A stretch of DNA of 39,070 nt. It comes from Candidatus Eiseniibacteriota bacterium (GTDB taxonomy: Bacteria > Eisenbacteria > RBG-16-71-46). Under the pieces are notes generated by a model, which worked only from the letters and a program-made list of their open reading frames with translations, made no database searches and was not told the origin of the DNA. A program made the position numbers and the translations under genes. The stretch is from the NCBI GenBank assembly GCA_044223005.1, contig JBGAML010000026.1, positions 1 to 39,070 on the forward strand, given 5' to 3'. Shown in pieces: positions 1 through 9,000 of this stretch (the stretch's first letter is position 1; each line of letters starts with the position of its first letter).

Positions 1-2
1 AT

Positions 3-257
3 CTGGCGCAGGGCCGAGCCCCCGAGCAGCCGGTGCGCGACCGGGATCAGCCGCTTGGGATAGCGGAGCCAGTAGGTGGTGGCGAAGGTCTGGGTGGAGA
101 AGTTGCGCCCACAGTGGTCACAGCGGAAACGGGCGATGCGGCGGGGGCGGGCCTGGCGGGTGTAGCAGCCGGCGTGGGACCAGCGCCACAAGGCACGCTC
201 GGCCTTGTGGTAGCGACAGCTCGGGTTGGGGCAGAACGGCGGCACGAAGGTCGTCAT
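3..257 (-). mobile_element. N-terminal part of a probable IS1-like transposase (C2C2 Zn-ribbon followed by start of an HTH), truncated by the window edge
   Basis: Absent from the ORF track. Manual translation from ATG at 257 gives MTTFVPPFCPNPSCRYHK...RIARFRCDHCGRNFSTQTFATTYWLRYPKRLIPVAHRLLGGSALRQ, open to the edge. CPxxxC...RxRCxxC plus an LRQ helix start resembles InsA-type N-termini. The DDE domain is not visible. Confidence 0.6.
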
Positions 258-443
258 GCCGGAGGATCACTGCACCTCCCGCGCCAGCTGCATTCTTCCG
301 AGCACAACCCTTGATATGGGGCGGGCGACTCTTTAGCGTTGGTCTCCACCGCTGCCCCCCCGCAGTTCATGCGGGGCTCCAGCGGATCGATTCTGGCGCT
401 GGCCGACCCCGGGCATCCGGCCAACATCCGAGGGAGGCGAGGC

Positions 444-1208
444 GTGCGGAAGAGATTGCTCGTGGCGGCGGCATTGGCTGCGGAGCTGGTGATGGCGGGA
501 ACGGTTCGCGCGCAGGCGGGCCTGAACATGATCTGGGACCAGTGCCTCGGGGACGCGACGACGTACACGCTCAATCGCTCGTTCGCGTGCGACCTCAACA
601 CGGGCAGCGTCCAGCTCGTCTGCTCGGTCGTGCCGCCGGCAAGCGTGCCGTCGTTCAGTGGCGCGGAGCTCTTCGTGGATCTCATCACGCAGGCCTCGCC
701 GCTGCCCGACTGGTGGCGTTACCTGAACGTGGGGACCTGCCGACAGTCCGCGCTCTCGGTGAACTTCAACTACTCGGGCGCCGGGACTGGATGCCACGAT
801 GCCTGGCAGGGCAGCGGCATCGGGGGACTCTCGAGCTACGGCAATCCCTACGTTTCGCTGCCGACCATCACGCCGGACCTTTCGACGCAATACGCGACCA
901 TCGACCTCGCGGGCGCGATCGCGGGCGGCGGTGGACGCACGCTCGATGCGGGCACCGAGTACTTCCTCGCGAACATCGTGATCCAGCTCGAGAAGTCGAC
1001 GGGCGCCGGGGCGTGCACGGGTTGTTCGGTGCCGGCTTGCATTTCCTTCACACGCTTGCTCATGTCCCAGGCGGGCGGCGGCCCGGACGTCTACCTTTCG
1101 ACCCCCGGGACCAGCAGCATCGTGACCTGGCAGGGAACCGGGGCGAACTGTTTCGCCGTGCCGGCGCGACATTCGACCTGGGGGGCGCTGAAGAGCCTTT
1201 ACCGGTGA
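444..1208 (+). CDS. Secreted Cys-rich hypothetical protein with C-terminal WGxLKSxYR tag
   Basis: GTG at 444 follows GGGAGG (432-437). Signal-peptide-like start RKRLLVAAALAAELVMAGTVRA, 9 Cys, ends VPARHSTWGALKSLYR*. Confidence 0.85.
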   Translation: MRKRLLVAAALAAELVMAGTVRAQAGLNMIWDQCLGDATTYTLNRSFACDLNTGSVQLVCSVVPPASVPSFSGAELFVDLITQASPLPDWWRYLNVGTCRQSALSVNFNYSGAGTGCHDAWQGSGIGGLSSYGNPYVSLPTITPDLSTQYATIDLAGAIAGGGGRTLDAGTEYFLANIVIQLEKSTGAGACTGCSVPACISFTRLLMSQAGGGPDVYLSTPGTSSIVTWQGTGANCFAVPARHSTWGALKSLYR

Positions 1209-1340
1209 CCGGGCCGAGCCGGTAGAATCGAGTGTCGCTTCGCGCGCGGAGGCCTCCGGGTTTCGCGACGGCTTCGAGCGCATCCTCCCCGACCGGCCCC
1301 GCGGCCCGCCCTGGCGGGCACTTTCCCGGAAAGCTCCTGG

Positions 1341-2270
1341 ATGAAGTTGCCACGACCGAATGGCGTCGTATTCCTGTTCCGCGCCGCGCGCATCGCCCTC
1401 GTGGGGCTTGCGGCGATCGGCGGCATGGTGATCACCGCCCACGCCACGACGGGCGAGCCCGCGAGAGTTCCCGCGGACACCGCCGCCGCTCCGTCGCTCG
1501 GGAACGTCTCCAACCCGAACTTCAGCGTGCTCGATTCACTGCTCGCGCAGGCCGACAGCATCGCCCAGTCGCAGCGCGCCAACAACGAGCGGGCGCGGAT
1601 CTTCCTGTCGTGGGATGCCCCGTGGGGCATGCCGCGCGCGAGCCGCACGCACTGGCCGAAGTCGGGCGATCCACGCGCCGCCGACACGCTCTGGCTCTGC
1701 CTGCTGCCTGGCCGCACCAGCGTGGGCTTCCTCGGCTTCATGGCGGATCTCTACTTTCGCGCGGCGCCGGGAGACACGCTCGGGCCGTGGTGGCATATGG
1801 AGCACGGCGCACCGAACAACGGGGGCGTGATCGCCGAGTTCGGTCCGGATGACGAGTCCTTTCCCCAGCGCCAGCCATGGAAGTCGAGCGGCATCCCGTA
1901 CGCGAAGATGGATCGCACGCCGGGAAGCGCCCACCTGCAGCTGTTGTTCGCCGTGCCCTACACGCAGGCCGCGCCGGTCATTCCCGATTCGATCTACACG
2001 CTCTGCCGTGTGATCTTCCGGCACCGCCGGAACCTGCCCGGTGCCGGACAGCCGGTCTGCATCGAATGGGGCAGCAGTTCCCTCGACTACTGGCTCAAGG
2101 ACTCCGTCGGGTGCAATCGCGGCGAGCGTTTCGTCTCGTACGCGAGCGATCGGGACGTCTGCGAAACGTTCCGGCCCATCGAACCCAAGCCGCCCGCGTC
2201 CTCCCCGAACGGCAAGCGCAAGCCCGCGACGGGAAGGCGGCGCGCGGCCCCGGCGCATTCGCGCCCCTGA
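1341..2270 (+). CDS. Exported or membrane-anchored hypothetical protein, probable paralog of 444..1208, with basic tail
   Basis: N-terminal hydrophobic segment. Colinear motifs with the upstream protein: LSWD/MIWD, LGPWW/LPDWW, PWKSSGI/AWQGSGI, PVCIEW/PACISF. Confidence 0.75.
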   Translation: MKLPRPNGVVFLFRAARIALVGLAAIGGMVITAHATTGEPARVPADTAAAPSLGNVSNPNFSVLDSLLAQADSIAQSQRANNERARIFLSWDAPWGMPRASRTHWPKSGDPRAADTLWLCLLPGRTSVGFLGFMADLYFRAAPGDTLGPWWHMEHGAPNNGGVIAEFGPDDESFPQRQPWKSSGIPYAKMDRTPGSAHLQLLFAVPYTQAAPVIPDSIYTLCRVIFRHRRNLPGAGQPVCIEWGSSSLDYWLKDSVGCNRGERFVSYASDRDVCETFRPIEPKPPASSPNGKRKPATGRRRAAPAHSRP

Positions 2271-2280
2271 GCGCGCAGGC

Positions 2281-2328
2281 CGAAACGAAGACGCCCCGGA
2301 TCGTGCGATCCGGGGCGCCTTCGTTTCG
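2281..2328. terminator. Probable bidirectional intrinsic terminator between convergent genes
   Basis: Near-perfect inverted repeat CGAAACGAAGACGCCCCGGATCG-TG-CGATCCGGGGCGCCTTCGTTTCG between stops at 2270 and 2340. Confidence 0.75.
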
Positions 2329-2339
2329 TGGTCCCGCGT

Positions 2340-4193
2340 TCAGCGCGGGCGCGTGAGCAGGATCTTCATCACCAGTTCGGGGCGCGAGGCGATGTGGAAC
2401 CTCGGCCGCAGGTTGGCGAGCATCGCCTGCAGGCGGGCTTCGGACTTCTGCGCCTGGACCGCGGCGTCCGTCTCGGCCTGCACCTCTTCGAAGGCGCGCT
2501 GCCGGCCCGCGTCGTACGCCAGCAACTGCAGGACCGCGTAGTCGCCGCCGCGGTCGGGGCCCATGACCGAGACACCACCGGGCCGGAGTTCCTCGAACAG
2601 GACCTTGTGGTACGGCCCCGGTTCGTCGAAGCGGCGATGCTGGTAGCCGCCGGTGACGTCGCCCTGCAGCGAGTCCGCACGCAGGATTTCCGCCGGGTTC
2701 GCGCCGGAGACCAGTGCCTTCGCGACGGAGTCCGCTCCGGTCTTGTTGTGCCGCAAGATGGCGACGAAGTCCGCCGAGGGCGAGCTCATGAACTCCGGCA
2801 GGTGCTGCTTGTAGTAGGCGAGGCGCTCGTCGCGCGAGACCCACACCTTGCTCGCGACCGAGTCCTGGTACATGTGGTCGACCATGATCTGCTCGCGCTT
2901 GTCAGCCATGCGGCGGTGGTAGATCGCCAGCGTGTCGAGCCCTCGATCGCGCGCGATTTGGGCGCGATAGGGCTCGTAGAGCACGTTCTCGAGCTGCGCC
3001 ATCAGGCCGTCCGGGAAGTTCACGCTGGGGCGCACCATGGCGGGGATGCCCGAGTACCAGGCGACGAAGGCCCCGATCGTGTACTGCCCGCCGTTCCACC
3101 GGCACAGCACGCGTGCCGTGTCGTCCGCCGAGAATGCCGGCAGCGACTCGTCGAACATCAGCGTCGGGCGGCCGTTCTGCGTGTCGATGGACGACGTCGG
3201 CTGGAAGTGCGCGGCCGCATAGCGGACGTTCACCGTATCGAACTGCATGCCGATGCGCGTGCGGATCATGCTCTGCACCGCTTCCGCGTACGAGGAGGCC
3301 CGTTCCTCGGCGAGCTGCTTCTGGACCACGTTCCGGAACGCCGTGAAGGTCCCTCCGGTCCGCTGACGCTTTTCGAGAAGCTGGATGACCTCGTAGCCCG
3401 ACCCGGTCCGCAGGACCTCCGAGATCTGCCCTGGCTGGAGCTTGAAGAGCGGGGCCGCGAGGCCGACGGGGAAGTTCGCCCAGCCGACCCAGCCGCGATC
3501 ACCGCCCGGACCCTTGTCGTCGCGAGCGATGGTGTACTTCCGGGCCGCCTCCTCCCACTTCAGCTTGCCGGAGACGAGCGCGGCGCGGACTTTCTCGGCA
3601 GGGGCGCGTTCCGCGAACAGGATGTGGCGGAAGTGACCTTCCATCCCGATCTGGCGGGCGGCCGAATCCGCTTCGGCATCGCTGACACGAACCGAGTCCC
3701 ACACGTAGCGCTGGAAGAGGATGTCCGACAGGACGCGCTGCTCGAACTCGCGCATGGCGGCGCGATCGGTGAAGTCCATCGGGCGGTTCGTGGCGACCGC
3801 GCTCAGCCCGAGGACGTCACGATCGATCAGCATGTTCAGGAAGCGCACCCGTCCGGCGCTGTCGGGTGCGGGGCGGTAGTTCGGATCGCCGCCGAACCAG
3901 CGCTCGACGAAATCGGACGCACGCGTGACCCGGCCGTCGACGCGCACCAGCCAGGCCGTGTCCGGGAGGAACTGCCCGGTATCCGGAACGCCGTTGATGT
4001 ACGCCCGGATGGGCGTGCCCGACTCCGTGTGCGTTGCGCGCGGCTTCCGGCTGGGCTTCGCCGGGTTGGCCGGAGCCAGCTTCCACGGGGTCGGGGAGGT
4101 CCCTTCCCGGGTTCCCTTCGCGCTGGGGTCGTTGGCCGCGGCGGCGGTGAACGCGAACAGGATCAGCGCCAGGGGCAGCAGGCGTTTCGTCAT
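2340..4193 (-). CDS. Exported parvulin-type peptidyl-prolyl isomerase/chaperone (SurA/PrsA/PpiC-like, two rotamase-like domains)
   Basis: ATG 4193 after GGAGA, signal peptide MTKRLLPLALILFAFTAAAA. Motifs VRVDGRVT, RHILF, AARKY, GGDRGW, LQPGQISE..TGSGYEVI, plus a second degenerate rotamase repeat. Confidence 0.8.
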   Translation of the reverse strand: MTKRLLPLALILFAFTAAAANDPSAKGTREGTSPTPWKLAPANPAKPSRKPRATHTESGTPIRAYINGVPDTGQFLPDTAWLVRVDGRVTRASDFVERWFGGDPNYRPAPDSAGRVRFLNMLIDRDVLGLSAVATNRPMDFTDRAAMREFEQRVLSDILFQRYVWDSVRVSDAEADSAARQIGMEGHFRHILFAERAPAEKVRAALVSGKLKWEEAARKYTIARDDKGPGGDRGWVGWANFPVGLAAPLFKLQPGQISEVLRTGSGYEVIQLLEKRQRTGGTFTAFRNVVQKQLAEERASSYAEAVQSMIRTRIGMQFDTVNVRYAAAHFQPTSSIDTQNGRPTLMFDESLPAFSADDTARVLCRWNGGQYTIGAFVAWYSGIPAMVRPSVNFPDGLMAQLENVLYEPYRAQIARDRGLDTLAIYHRRMADKREQIMVDHMYQDSVASKVWVSRDERLAYYKQHLPEFMSSPSADFVAILRHNKTGADSVAKALVSGANPAEILRADSLQGDVTGGYQHRRFDEPGPYHKVLFEELRPGGVSVMGPDRGGDYAVLQLLAYDAGRQRAFEEVQAETDAAVQAQKSEARLQAMLANLRPRFHIASRPELVMKILLTRPR

Positions 4194-4257
4194 TCCAGCA
4201 TCTCTCCAGTAGGGGCCGTCGGGGCAGGGCGATTTGGGGAGTCGAGCGCGACCCAAG

Positions 4258-4287
4258 AGGTTAGGGGCCTGCTTCGGAGGCCGTCAA
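4258..4287 (-). promoter_or_regulatory. Putative sigma-70 promoter for the 2340..4193 gene
   Basis: Minus strand reads TTGACG-N18-TAACCT, about 65 nt upstream of the ATG. Confidence 0.4.
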
Positions 4288-4404
4288 GACTCGTGGCGCC
4301 CCCGTCGCCGGGGTTGTCAACGCTGTGACCGAAAAGCAGCGAAACGCCCGCCGGGGCAGGGGAATCCGGGTGCCGGCGGGCGTCTCGGGACGGTCCAGAC
4401 ACCT

Positions 4405-5859
4405 TCAGCGCACCAGCGGCTTCGCTCCCGTCATGTAAGGCGAGGTCCGGTTGGGGACCACCATGGCCGAACGCATGAGCGAAGTCATGAGCGCCTGCAT
4501 GCGCCGCTCGCTGTCGACCTGCACCCAGTCGTCCTTCACGTCCTGTCGCGCTTCGGCGAACGTGCGGGGGGCGGACGGCACGATGTGCATGACCTTGAGC
4601 GCGCGCCAGCCGTCGCGCGTCATGTCCGGCCCCAGCACCGCGCCCTCGCCGGCGCGGCGGATGCGGCCGAAGAGCGTCGTGTCGCTGTTGGCGTCGAGCG
4701 TGGTCTGGTACGGGATCCCGGCGCGGGCCGACTGCGTCGCGAGCGACTCGGCGACGCCCGGCACCTTGAGGCGCTGGACCAGCGAGTCGGCTTCTTCGCG
4801 CGTGTCGAACACCGTCCGCACCACGGTCGCACGCGCCACCGAGTCGAACGCCCGGGGCTTCGACTTGTAGTGGCGTTCCAGCGTCACCGAATCGAGCGGG
4901 ATCTTGTCGTAGACCTCGCGGGCCACGAAGCGCTGCACATCCAGGTACTGCGCGCGCTCGGCGAGGATCGGGGCGATGCGCGGATCGTGGAGCATGTCCT
5001 TGCGCTGGATTTCGGCGCGAAGCATGCGCTCGTAGAGCGTGCTGCTCACCAGGTCGCGCAGGTCGCCCTTGCCGCGCACCGGCGGCCGGCGCATCGCCGA
5101 CATCTTGCCGAGGTCGGTGAGCAGTTCGCCGACCGTGTAGTTGCCGATGTCCGATCGCACGAGCGTGATGGCGCTGTCGGCCTTCGAGACGCGCGGGATC
5201 GCGGTCGACATCTCGAGGCGCTCCATGAGCGGCAGGTCCGGCGTCGGCTTGGGCATCGCCGCCCAGTCGGCGATCAGCATGTCCAGCGTCGCCTCGTCGA
5301 ACACGGGGTGGACGCGCTGGACGGACGAGTCCCGGACCATGATCCCGAGCGTCTGCCGGTCCGGGATCGAGTCGCCGCGGCCGCCGACCTGGAACATCAT
5401 CTCGGTCATCGCCGAATCCAGCGCGCCGATCAGCGTCACGCGGTCGGACAGGGTGCGGTAGTCGGTGCTGTCGGCCGCGTTCCAGTGCCGGGGTTCCTGC
5501 TGGACCCGGTGCGTCAGGACGGCCTGCTGGACCATGAGTTCGAGGACCTGCTGGCGGTCCTTCGGGGTAAGGTTGCGGGGGTTCTTCCCCAGCTTCATGG
5601 CGCCGGCCCGGAAGGTCGCGAGCCCGATGTCCGTCTGCCCCTGGGCGAAGAAGATCCGCGCCAGGACCGTGTCGGGCAGGGTGGTCCGGATCTCGGTCCG
5701 GGCGTTCCCGAGCACCGCGCCGGGGGCCGGGCGGGACGAGGGCGGAGCCGAGGGCCGGCCGTGCGAACCCGACGGCGGCGCCGCGGGCGCGGCCGCGAGG
5801 GACGTGGCCAGCGAAAGGACGAGGGCCGCGGCGGCGACCAGCGGACCGAAGCGCTTCAT
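4405..5859 (-). CDS. Exported SurA/PrsA-like chaperone with degenerate parvulin domain
   Basis: ATG 5859 after AGGAG, with signal peptide. VLARI, YTVGELL, EEADSL, VLGPDMTRDGWRAL and PRTFAEARQDV parallel the neighbouring PPIase, but there is no HIL motif. Confidence 0.7.
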   Translation of the reverse strand: MKRFGPLVAAAALVLSLATSLAAAPAAPPSGSHGRPSAPPSSRPAPGAVLGNARTEIRTTLPDTVLARIFFAQGQTDIGLATFRAGAMKLGKNPRNLTPKDRQQVLELMVQQAVLTHRVQQEPRHWNAADSTDYRTLSDRVTLIGALDSAMTEMMFQVGGRGDSIPDRQTLGIMVRDSSVQRVHPVFDEATLDMLIADWAAMPKPTPDLPLMERLEMSTAIPRVSKADSAITLVRSDIGNYTVGELLTDLGKMSAMRRPPVRGKGDLRDLVSSTLYERMLRAEIQRKDMLHDPRIAPILAERAQYLDVQRFVAREVYDKIPLDSVTLERHYKSKPRAFDSVARATVVRTVFDTREEADSLVQRLKVPGVAESLATQSARAGIPYQTTLDANSDTTLFGRIRRAGEGAVLGPDMTRDGWRALKVMHIVPSAPRTFAEARQDVKDDWVQVDSERRMQALMTSLMRSAMVVPNRTSPYMTGAKPLVR

Positions 5860-6011
5860 GGGGATGGCGTCTCCTGGAAGGGGGGCCGGGCCGCATCCGC
5901 GGCCGGCCGTGCTCGGGGGAACGAGGAAGTCTAACGTGGAAAGTCCGCGAGCCGCCACCCCCCGGGAGGCGGTTCCCGATCCGGGGCAACTTGGTTAGAC
6001 TCGGGAGCTAC

Positions 6012-9000
6012 ATGCACACCTTTCGACTCCGCCATGCCGTCCTGACCGCGCTCGTGCTCGGTGCCCTCGTGGCACCCGCCCGCGCGGACGTCCTGCAGGT
6101 CGTTTCCACCGACGCGCACGGCCTCACGGTGCGCGTCACGACCGAGGCGTGGAGCCTCGCTGCGCCCGGCGCCGACGGGCGCCGCAAGGTGATCGGTGTT
6201 CCCGATGCGCATTCGCTCACCGATCCGGGGCACGCGCTGTTGCCGGCGTACTCGGCGCTGCTGCTGCTGCCGCCCGATGCGCGCCCGAGCGTGCGGGTGC
6301 TGTCCGCGTCCGCGCCGGTCGAGAGCACCGGCGTCCGGCTCGCGATCGCGGGCAAGCCGTCGTTCGTGCCGGGGCCGCACCAGACGTTCGAGCCGGCCAT
6401 GGACGACGTGGCGCCCGTGCTCGACGGTGCGTGGCCGCGCGAACCGGTTTCGCTCGGCGCGATGGGCGCCTGGCGTGGGCGCCGCTACGCGTCGCTCGAG
6501 GTGCGCCCGTTCCAGTACGACGAGGCTGGCGCGACGCTGCGCGCGACGGCGTCGATGCTGGTGCGCGTGGAGTTCAACCGGCCTGCGGGCGCCGCGGCAC
6601 TGCCCGCGCGCGCGACCGCGCCGGATCCCAACGCCGACGACGTCATGCGGGCGGCGGCGATCAACTGGGATCAGGGGGCGTCGTGGCGCCTCGCGCCCGC
6701 GGCCGACCCCGCGGTGGCGCGCGTGTCGCGCGGCGCGTCGATCGCGTCGACGCGGGCGCTCGGGTTCGACGAAACGCAGCCCGAGGTGCGCGTGAAGCTC
6801 GACTCGGCGGGCGTGTGGCTGCTGCCCTTCGACCAGCTCGCCGCGAACGGCTTCCCGGCCGGCGTTCCGGTCGCGCAGGTGAGCGTGCACCGTCACGAGT
6901 TCCTCGAGAACAGCGCGGTGCAGCCGTACGCCACGCAGGAGATCCCGGTCGAGGTCGAAGACGCCAACGGCAACAACGTGTTCGACTCGGGCGACCGCGT
7001 CTGGGTCTACACGCGCACGTGGGCGCAGCGTTCGGGCGCGAGCGAATACCAGCGGACGTGGGGCGATGCGGAGGTGGTGTACGCGACCGTGCGGACGGCG
7101 GGCGGGCTGCGCATGGCGACCCGCCCGGGCTGGCGCGGCCAGGTCGGGCTCACGCCGCCGGCGTCGTACCCGGCGTCCGAGCACTGGGAGCGGAACTACG
7201 CCTCGCCGATGGGCTTCATCGACGCGGCGACCGACACCTCGCAGGATCTCTTCCCGTGGACGGAGATCACCTACTACTACGATCGCCAGGACACGATCCA
7301 GTTCACGGTCAACGACATCGACACCTCGCACGCGGTGCAGATGGCGGTGCGGTGGCAGGGCCGCACGTACGGCCCGCACAACCAGTCGGCCGCGATCAAG
7401 AACCGGAACAACGTCCTCACGACCGCGGTCGATTCGCTGTACTGGACCGACAAGCAGCCGCGCGTGGGCACCGGCAGTGTGCGCGGCTCGGCGTTCTCCG
7501 AGGGCCTGAACCGCTTCGTCACCTGGGGCCGTGGGGGCAACGCCTACTTCGGCGGACCGAGCCCCACCGGCAACTTCCTCGACAATGCCGGCCTGAACTG
7601 GTTCGAGACGACCTACTGGCGACGGTACAAGGCCGTGCACGACGTGCTCGCGTGCAGCTCCGCGGACGCGACCGGCGAGATCCAGCTGCACTGCACCGGC
7701 ATGCTCGCCGACTCGCTTCGCGTCTTCGACGTCACGGATCCGGAGAACCCGGTCCGCCTCCTGATCGACGAAGCGCACGTCACACGCTCGGCCCCGATCT
7801 CCTTCGATTTCCAGGATTCGGTCGCGACCGGGGCGCCGCACCTGTACATCGTCACCGGCGCGCAGGATCCGATCGCACCCTCGTACGGACCGCGGGTGCC
7901 GGCGGACGACCACTTCGCCGCGGTGACGCGCCTGCACCTGCAGGACCACGTCGCCGGCGACTACGTGATCATCGTGCCCGAGGCGTTCCAGTCCGCCATG
8001 GCGCCGCTGGTCGCGATGCGCCAGGCCACCGGCCTGCGCGTCGTGCTCGCGACGGCCGAGGACGTCTACGACGAGTTCAACGGCGGCCGTCACTCGGCGG
8101 CGGCGATCCAGCGCTTCGTGCGCTACGCCTACCGGCGCTGGAACATGCGCTTCCTGCTGCTGGGTGGCGACGGCACGATGGATCCGCAGCAGCTCGTGAA
8201 GGACGGCAGCGCGTTCCCGCAGCCGTATTCCGGCGTGGACTGGATCCCGGTCAACCCCGTCGCCGGCCCGGTCACCGTGAGCCTCGGCTACGAAGTGACG
8301 GTCAGCGACAACCTCTACGGCATGCTCACGGGCAACAACGACCCGATCCTGAGCTCGGGTCCGGTGATTCCCGAGATCATGATTGGCCGGCTGCCGGCCA
8401 ACTCGCTCGCCGACATGACGGCGATGGTGTCCAAGATCGTCAAGTTCGAGGACCACACCACCGATCCCGCGTGGCGGCGCAACGTCCTGCTCGTGGCCGA
8501 CGACGCGTACTCGGGGGATTCGTTCTTCGGCGGTGGCGGCGGCGGTGCGTCGGGCTACTGCTTCAAGGACTACGAGCAGCGCTTCGTGCGGCTGAGCGAC
8601 AAGTGCCGCTCGGTGATCCTGAACGAGGCCGGGCTGCGGCGCATGAACGTGATCAGCTTCAACGAGCGCTACTACCTGCCCAACGAGGCGGTCACGATCG
8701 GCGCGTTCGGCGACACCTGCCGCAACGACCGCGCGCTGACGAGCACGCACACGCACGCCGTGGCGACCAAGGCGATGTTCGACGACCTCAACGCGGGCAC
8801 GCTGTGGTGGAACTACCAGGGCCACGCCAACGAGGGCGTCCTCGCGCACGAAGGGCTCTACGTGAACAGCGGCGAGAACCCGGGCGCCGACGACAAGTGG
8901 CAGTTCGGCAACACCGACCAGACCGGCATCTGGAGTGCGTTCTCGTGCCACGCGAACATGTTCGCGCGCTGGAACGGCAAGCCGACCGGCGCGACGGGCG

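Noticed and set aside
258..360. Possible IS terminal inverted repeat upstream of the transposase-like ORF
   Set aside because: The other end is outside the window, so no inverted repeat or target duplication can be demonstrated.
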